Origin: Clostridium neonatale
GTDB taxonomy: Bacteria > Bacillota > Clostridia > Clostridiales > Clostridiaceae
NCBI RefSeq assembly: GCF_001458595.1
Contig: NZ_LN890328.1
Span: 2,244,831 to 2,284,830, forward strand
Direction: 5' to 3'
DNA: 40,000 bases
Shown: positions 36,489 to 40,000 of the stretch, piece by piece
How the letters are laid out: every line of letters begins with the position of its first letter
How positions within the stretch are numbered: position 1 is the stretch's first letter
The notes under the pieces: model-generated
The model's database searches: none
What the model was told of the DNA's origin: nothing
Seen by the model: the letters and a program-made list of their open reading frames with translations, nothing else
Program-made: the position numbers and the translations under genes

Positions 36489-37175
36489 TTATTCATTATG
36501 ATCAACTTTATCCCATATATAAGCTACATCTTTATATTCTTCATCAACCTTATTATATAATTTATCTACTTCATCCATTACAGGCTTTTGAACTTTATCA
36601 AGCTCTTTATATAATTCCTCCAATTCTTTATAATATGGTTCAAGTTTCTTTTGTGTAGCTAGTAGCTTGTCTTTTTCACTAGCTGTTAAAACAGGTAGTG
36701 ATTTTATATAATTTACCATGCTATCATATATGCTTTCTTCATTATTATCATCTAAACTTTCTTCATTTATGTCAAATCCATTAATAAGCTTGCTCGCTTC
36801 GTATTTATGGGCTTTATCCATTATTTTGCTATCTTCATTTTGTATTTCATAAATTTTATCATCCACTGCTTGTATTTTAACTCTTACATCAGCACCAAGA
36901 CTATCAGCCTTATCAAGTAATATATCAATTTGTTTATATATGGGTTGTATCACTTTTTCTGATTCTATTAATTTTTGTTTTTCATCATTGCTTATACCTT
37001 TTAAAGATAATATATATTCTTTAAATTCTTTATCTAATATGTAATCTTCTTGAACTTGAACCACTTCATTTTCTTTTATTTTATTAGCATTCGCTGTTGA
37101 AGCAAATACACCTGTTGATGCTGAACTAACAACCATACATCCAATCAATAACATTTTTAATAAATTCTTTTTCAT
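36489..37175 (-). CDS. Secreted protein with an internal tandem duplication, unknown function
   Basis: Signal peptide MKKNLLKMLLIGCMVVSSASTGVFA. Two ~70-aa helical repeats: YILSLKGISNDEKQKLIESEKVIQPIYKQID... and YIKSLPVLTASEKDKLLATQKKLEPYYKELE... Confidence 0.7.
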   Translation of the reverse strand: MKKNLLKMLLIGCMVVSSASTGVFASTANANKIKENEVVQVQEDYILDKEFKEYILSLKGISNDEKQKLIESEKVIQPIYKQIDILLDKADSLGADVRVKIQAVDDKIYEIQNEDSKIMDKAHKYEASKLINGFDINEESLDDNNEESIYDSMVNYIKSLPVLTASEKDKLLATQKKLEPYYKELEELYKELDKVQKPVMDEVDKLYNKVDEEYKDVAYIWDKVDHNE

Positions 37176-37279
37176 AATAAACCATCTCCCTCATTTCTTT
37201 CTTATACTTATAAGACGATTTATATATTATAAAAAGTTTTAAATTATTTATAAATTCAAAAAAATTTTTATAAATAATA

Positions 37280-37303
37280 AAAGACACCCAACTGAGTGCC
37301 TCT
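37280..37303 (-). terminator. Weak hairpin plus U run in the leader downstream of the repeat-containing promoter
   Basis: AGAGGCAC-UCAGUUGG-GUGUCUUU (two G-U pairs) followed by UAUUAUUUAU. It begins ~14 nt after the predicted start site. Confidence 0.3.
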
Positions 37304-37323
37304 TGATAAATTTCTATGATAGT

Positions 37324-37410
37324 ATTATATAATACTTTTTCCACTAAAACGTGATTAAAAAGTGTACAAAAAGTGTTGTAAAAGTGGTATAAACGCGGTC
37401 AAAAAGTGTT
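37324..37410 (-). promoter_or_regulatory. Candidate late promoter: 11-bp-phased CAC(T/G)TTTT repeats ending at the -35 position of a TATAAT
   Basis: On the minus strand the CAC starts lie at 37408, 37386, 37375, 37364 and 37353, giving spacings of 22, 11, 11 and 11 nt. A degenerate copy lies in between. TATAAT is at 37329-37324. Confidence 0.5.
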
Positions 37411-37876
37411 ATGGATATATTAACTCGCTTAAATAATTAATCACACCAGTCCTTATCTTCTTGCAATAATCTTTATCAAATCCTAGCTCTTGACCAATCT
37501 CTATCCATGATTTTTTATTTCTACCACTAAGATATCTTAATTTAACAAGTTTATATTCATTTTCTGATAATTGCTGCAAAGATGATTGTATTTTTATTTT
37601 TAAATCTGAATAATATTTTTTCTTAGCTTTTAAAATACAAATTTGTTCCTGAATATATTCCTCTCGTCTTATAACTTCATCTTCCACACTTGATGTAATT
37701 TTATGTGTTGGACTTGATTTTTCCTCAAATGATATAGCTCTAACTGTTATATCATTTTCTAAATTTTCAATATCTATTTCTATATTTTTAATTTTGGTAT
37801 CTAAACTATTGTAATTATAAAGTGAAGATTCTGTTTTCTTAAACTTATTTTCTTTCATATTCATAACCAAACCCAT
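37409..37876 (-). CDS. RinA/ArpU-type late transcriptional activator (sigma-70 region 4-like HTH)
   Basis: SSLYNYNSLDTKIKNIEIDIENL... and the C-terminal LSENEYKLVKLRYLSGRNKKSWIEIGQELGFDKDYCKKIRTGVINYL fit the RinA/ArpU pattern. The true start may be ATG 37864. Confidence 0.7.
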   Translation of the reverse strand: MGLVMNMKENKFKKTESSLYNYNSLDTKIKNIEIDIENLENDITVRAISFEEKSSPTHKITSSVEDEVIRREEYIQEQICILKAKKKYYSDLKIKIQSSLQQLSENEYKLVKLRYLSGRNKKSWIEIGQELGFDKDYCKKIRTGVINYLSELIYP

Positions 37877-37905
37877 CCTTTATGTTATAATATTAGATGG
37901 GTAGT

Positions 37906-37956
37906 GCATTAGAGAAAGTATATAAATTGGCGTTTATAGTTCTCTAATGCTTTTTT
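37906..37956 (+). terminator. Plus-strand terminator-like hairpin between the 53-aa ORF and the activator gene
   Basis: GCATTAGAGAA-(23 nt)-TTCTCTAATGC followed by T6 on the plus strand only. Confidence 0.35.
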
Positions 37957-37968
37957 ATATTAATTATT

Positions 37969-38130
37969 TTAGTTTCTTTTTTCTTCCATCTTTTGTATCT
38001 CTGATTTCAACTGTCTTCTCTCATTTAATAAATATCTATTAGGTTTATGATTACTCCTATATGCCTTTCTAATTTGAGATTCAACTTCTTTTAATCTATC
38101 TTTTTTAATTTCTAACATATTAAAACCCAT
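37969..38130 (-). CDS. Small coiled-coil protein, 53 aa
   Basis: The track ORF extends to 38187, but ATG 38130 follows GTGAGGTG. Sequence: MGFNMLEIKKDRLKEVESQIRKAYRSNHKPNRYLLNERRQLKSEIQKMEEKRN. Confidence 0.5.
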   Translation of the reverse strand: MGFNMLEIKKDRLKEVESQIRKAYRSNHKPNRYLLNERRQLKSEIQKMEEKRN

Positions 38131-38142
38131 CAAAATCACCTC

Positions 38143-38511
38143 ACGTAACAAGAATTTAAGGCTCATGTAACAAGAATTTTTAGTCATTATTATGCCTTAA
38201 ACCCTCACTATTTCTAAGGTTACATAGATTTCTACATCTGTAACAAGATTTAAAATTGTATGTGCTTATCTTTATATATAATATATAGTATCTATCTATG
38301 TATATATATTTCTCTTTATATATATATATATATATTTATTATTATTATTACATATATATATAATATATAAGGGAACATAGAAACGGTGAGGGTTTCGGCT
38401 GTAACAAAAAGTGTAACAAGAATTTTTTCCAATTTTTTAAAATTGCGTTCTATCCTTTACACCTTGAGCCTTTGCACTGTCATAAAAATTGTAATAATTC
38501 TGTAATAAGAA
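38143..38511 (-). repeat. IR-R: inverted counterpart of IR-L (six boxes plus TA-repeat core)
   Basis: GTAACAAGAA-type boxes on the plus strand lie at 38143-38154, 38165-38176, 38238-38249, 38399-38410, 38411-38422 and 38500-38511. The TA-rich core is ~38284-38369 and the 22-mer is at 38262-38283. The module fills the whole intergenic gap. Confidence 0.85.
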
Positions 38512-38512
38512 T

Positions 38513-39454
38513 TTAGGCTTGCTTTTTATATATTCTATCCAATACTTCTTTGTCTTCTGTAATGACATCATAAACACCAACATCAACTCGTTTGATCCTA
38601 TATGTTGTTTTATTATCAAATGTGTCCTGCTGCTTCAACTGATTTATAAATGGACCTTGATAATCTTTTATTAACTCATTTATAGTTAATTTTTGAATCA
38701 CTTTTTCAGTACTGATAATATTTCCTTGTGAATCTGTAGTGGTATACACCATGGCTTCACCAAAAATATCTTCAAATACTTTGTCCATATCAGCCTTAGC
38801 CTTTGGATCACTGTTAATAACATCCCATACATAACTACTTACACATTCAAATAATGGCATTTCCCATCTAGGACAGGTTAAATAATCTTTTCCCCTTCCC
38901 TTTCTCCATCTATACTCAACATGATGCATAATTAGACTTTCTGTTAATAACATGTTTCCAGTTTCGTTTTTATCTCTCCATTCTTTTATTCTCTTAGCCT
39001 GTTCATATGATCCACCTATAATTTGAATTATTTCATGTTCCGTAAAGTATTTATCTAACATTGGCACAAATGAATCAATTATTGTAGCTCCACAATCCAT
39101 TAAATAACTATTAGCACTATCTCTATATTGATTTAACTCTTCTAAATAGTTCTTATAATCTTCTTTAAAACGCCTAGATAGCTTTTTATCTTCTAATATT
39201 TTTCTTACTCTATTAATTTCTGGAATATAAAAATCGTCTAGTTCTTTATACACCTTTCTTATCCCAAATTTTAATTTAACAAGTCCATTACTTATATAAA
39301 GCCTATCATCCTTTAAATCTCCACCTTTTAGTAACCTAATCAGTCTTTCTGTTTGCAATCCTGGACGTTCCTTTAACATTTCATCTATTTGCTTTTCAAG
39401 TTTAACTTTCTTTTCTTCAGCTAATTGCTCTTTGCTTTTAAATTCAGTTATCAT
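38513..39454 (-). CDS. Hypothetical phage protein, 313 aa
   Basis: ORF track, GGGAGGG RBS. I recognise no motif. Confidence 0.6.
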   Translation of the reverse strand: MITEFKSKEQLAEEKKVKLEKQIDEMLKERPGLQTERLIRLLKGGDLKDDRLYISNGLVKLKFGIRKVYKELDDFYIPEINRVRKILEDKKLSRRFKEDYKNYLEELNQYRDSANSYLMDCGATIIDSFVPMLDKYFTEHEIIQIIGGSYEQAKRIKEWRDKNETGNMLLTESLIMHHVEYRWRKGRGKDYLTCPRWEMPLFECVSSYVWDVINSDPKAKADMDKVFEDIFGEAMVYTTTDSQGNIISTEKVIQKLTINELIKDYQGPFINQLKQQDTFDNKTTYRIKRVDVGVYDVITEDKEVLDRIYKKQA

Positions 39455-39475
39455 AATGATTGCCCTCCCTTAAAT

Positions 39476-39708
39476 TTACTTTTTAGTAGAAATACCGCCT
39501 CGTATATTCATTTCTGACTTATGCGATTTTAATATCAGACTTATCTCAGCTTGCATCAATGGATTTATTTCCTTAAGCCTTTCAGTAATATCTAAATATA
39601 TAGTATTTCTACCTACTCCAAATTTTTTAGCAGCTTCTCTAACAGTAGCATCAGTATCTATAATATATTGAGCTACTTCTTTGACCCTAGCTAAATATAA
39701 TCATTCAT
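39476..39708 (-). pseudogene. SpoIIID-family HTH transcriptional regulator, interrupted by a 1-nt frameshift after codon 5
   Basis: ATG 39708 follows AAGGATGG and gives MNDYI then TAG. The -1 frame continues LARVKEVAQYIIDTDATVREAAKKFGVGRNTIYLDITERLKEINPLMQAEISLILKSHKSEMNIRGGISTKK*. Joined, the two parts align colinearly with SpoIIID (M.DYI..R......YI..T..TVR..AK.FGV...T...D.TERL.EINP...RGG..TK). Confidence 0.75.
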
Positions 39709-39720
39709 TTGACCATCCTT

Positions 39721-39909
39721 TCACATCTCTGAAGTATCATTTGTTCTTATATCTGTCCTATCAAAATACTTAATTCCTTTTGCTCCAATTACTGTTTTAC
39801 ATATGATAACAACAATATTCTGCATTATTTCTCCAATCACATATATTAACATTACTGTTCCAGTAAATATCCATGGACTCGAAAATATATATTTTAATAT
39901 TTCTAACAT
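39721..39909 (-). CDS. Small membrane protein, 62 aa
   Basis: ORF track, with two hydrophobic helices. Function unknown. Confidence 0.5.
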   Translation of the reverse strand: MLEILKYIFSSPWIFTGTVMLIYVIGEIMQNIVVIICKTVIGAKGIKYFDRTDIRTNDTSEM

Positions 39910-39952
39910 GTATATTCTCCTTTCTATATCCGTTTTAAGTATTGTGCACTAA

Positions 39953-39989
39953 AAAATACCGCATATTCTTTTGAATAATACGGTATTTT
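39953..39989. terminator. Hairpin terminator upstream of the 62-aa gene
   Basis: AAAATACCG-(19 nt)-CGGTATTTT with A/T runs on both sides. It probably ends a minus-strand unit that starts beyond the window. Confidence 0.4.
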
Positions 39990-40000
39990 CATTAATTTTA

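Larger units (their letters stand above)
11880..40000 (-). mobile_element. Prophage (contractile-tailed, PBSX/Xkd-type tail module); left end near 11.88 kb, right end beyond the window
   Basis: A contiguous co-oriented block of terminase, portal, capsid, sheath, tube, tape measure, baseplate, holin and endolysin genes. It abuts a truncated host gene. Confidence 0.85.

Noticed and set aside
37126-37344. Track ORF of 72 aa overlapping the candidate late promoter and leader.
   Set aside because: It has no RBS and spans the promoter, leader hairpin and start of the 228-aa gene in another frame, so it is probably spurious. The same applies to 38437..38619, which spans box 1 of IR-R, and to the upstream part of 32504..32794.
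12131-38511. The inverted modules as ends of a transposon or Mu-like element, or as telomere-resolution sites.
   Set aside because: There is no transposase, protelomerase or any recombinase between them. There is no convincing target-site duplication: the flanks are ...CTAATTTAA and TTTAGGCTT.... Phage-type genes continue beyond IR-R. The modules are not internally palindromic apart from their TA repeats. Inversion by homologous or site-specific recombination is still listed as a hypothesis to test.
39690-39708. Programmed ribosomal frameshifting to express the SpoIIID-like gene.
   Set aside because: The context UAU AUU UAG is not a good -1 slippery site, because tRNA-Ile would re-pair poorly. 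A +1 shift runs straight into a stop. A 1-nt indel in the T run or a sequencing error is more parsimonious.
1-40000. tRNA, rRNA, integrase, replication or known multi-gene defence systems.
   Set aside because: Reading both strands, I found no cloverleaf-type or rRNA-like sequences, and no recombinase, primase, helicase or recognisable defence-gene motifs. The integrase and replication modules are presumably beyond 40 kb.

Overview
This is very AT-rich, Clostridium-like Firmicute DNA; the organism guess is an inference from composition and gene content. Positions 1 to about 11.88 kb are ordinary chromosome. They carry a partial U32 peptidase, a ZapA-domain giant coiled-coil protein, murT-gatD, a DD-carboxypeptidase, a flavin-reductase-like protein, a YitT-family protein, an orphan cidA/lrgA-like gene, and an NitT/TauT-type ABC importer operon. 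The substrate-binding gene of that operon loses family similarity at about 11.88 kb. From there to the window end is one end of a prophage, transcribed almost entirely on the minus strand. Its gene order runs from high to low coordinates. It starts with an early/regulatory block: a small membrane protein, a frameshifted SpoIIID-family regulator and a 313-aa unknown. A RinA/ArpU-like late activator follows, then terS, terL, portal, Mu-F-like head protein, scaffold, capsid and connectors. The tail is PBSX/Xkd-type contractile (sheath, tube, chaperone with -1 frameshift, tape measure, LysM, baseplate, fibre). Lysis genes XkdX, XhlA, holin and amidase follow, then a 2.3-kb almost ORF-free accessory region next to the junction. 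No integrase, replication genes, tRNA, rRNA or CRISPR array are visible. Five signals stand out. (1) Two ~350-bp inverted composite modules bracket the whole 26-kb late region; each has six co-oriented 12-bp TTCTTGTTACA boxes around a TA-repeat core. (2) The SpoIIID-family gene sits next to one module and carries a 1-nt frameshift. (3) A candidate type I toxin-antitoxin lies in the accessory region. (4) Beside it is an array of stand-alone extended -10 promoter / short transcript / terminator units. (5) A terminator-bounded membrane-protein gene is inserted between the tail chaperone and the tape measure gene. All functional calls rest on my reading of the translations and motifs; no database search was possible.
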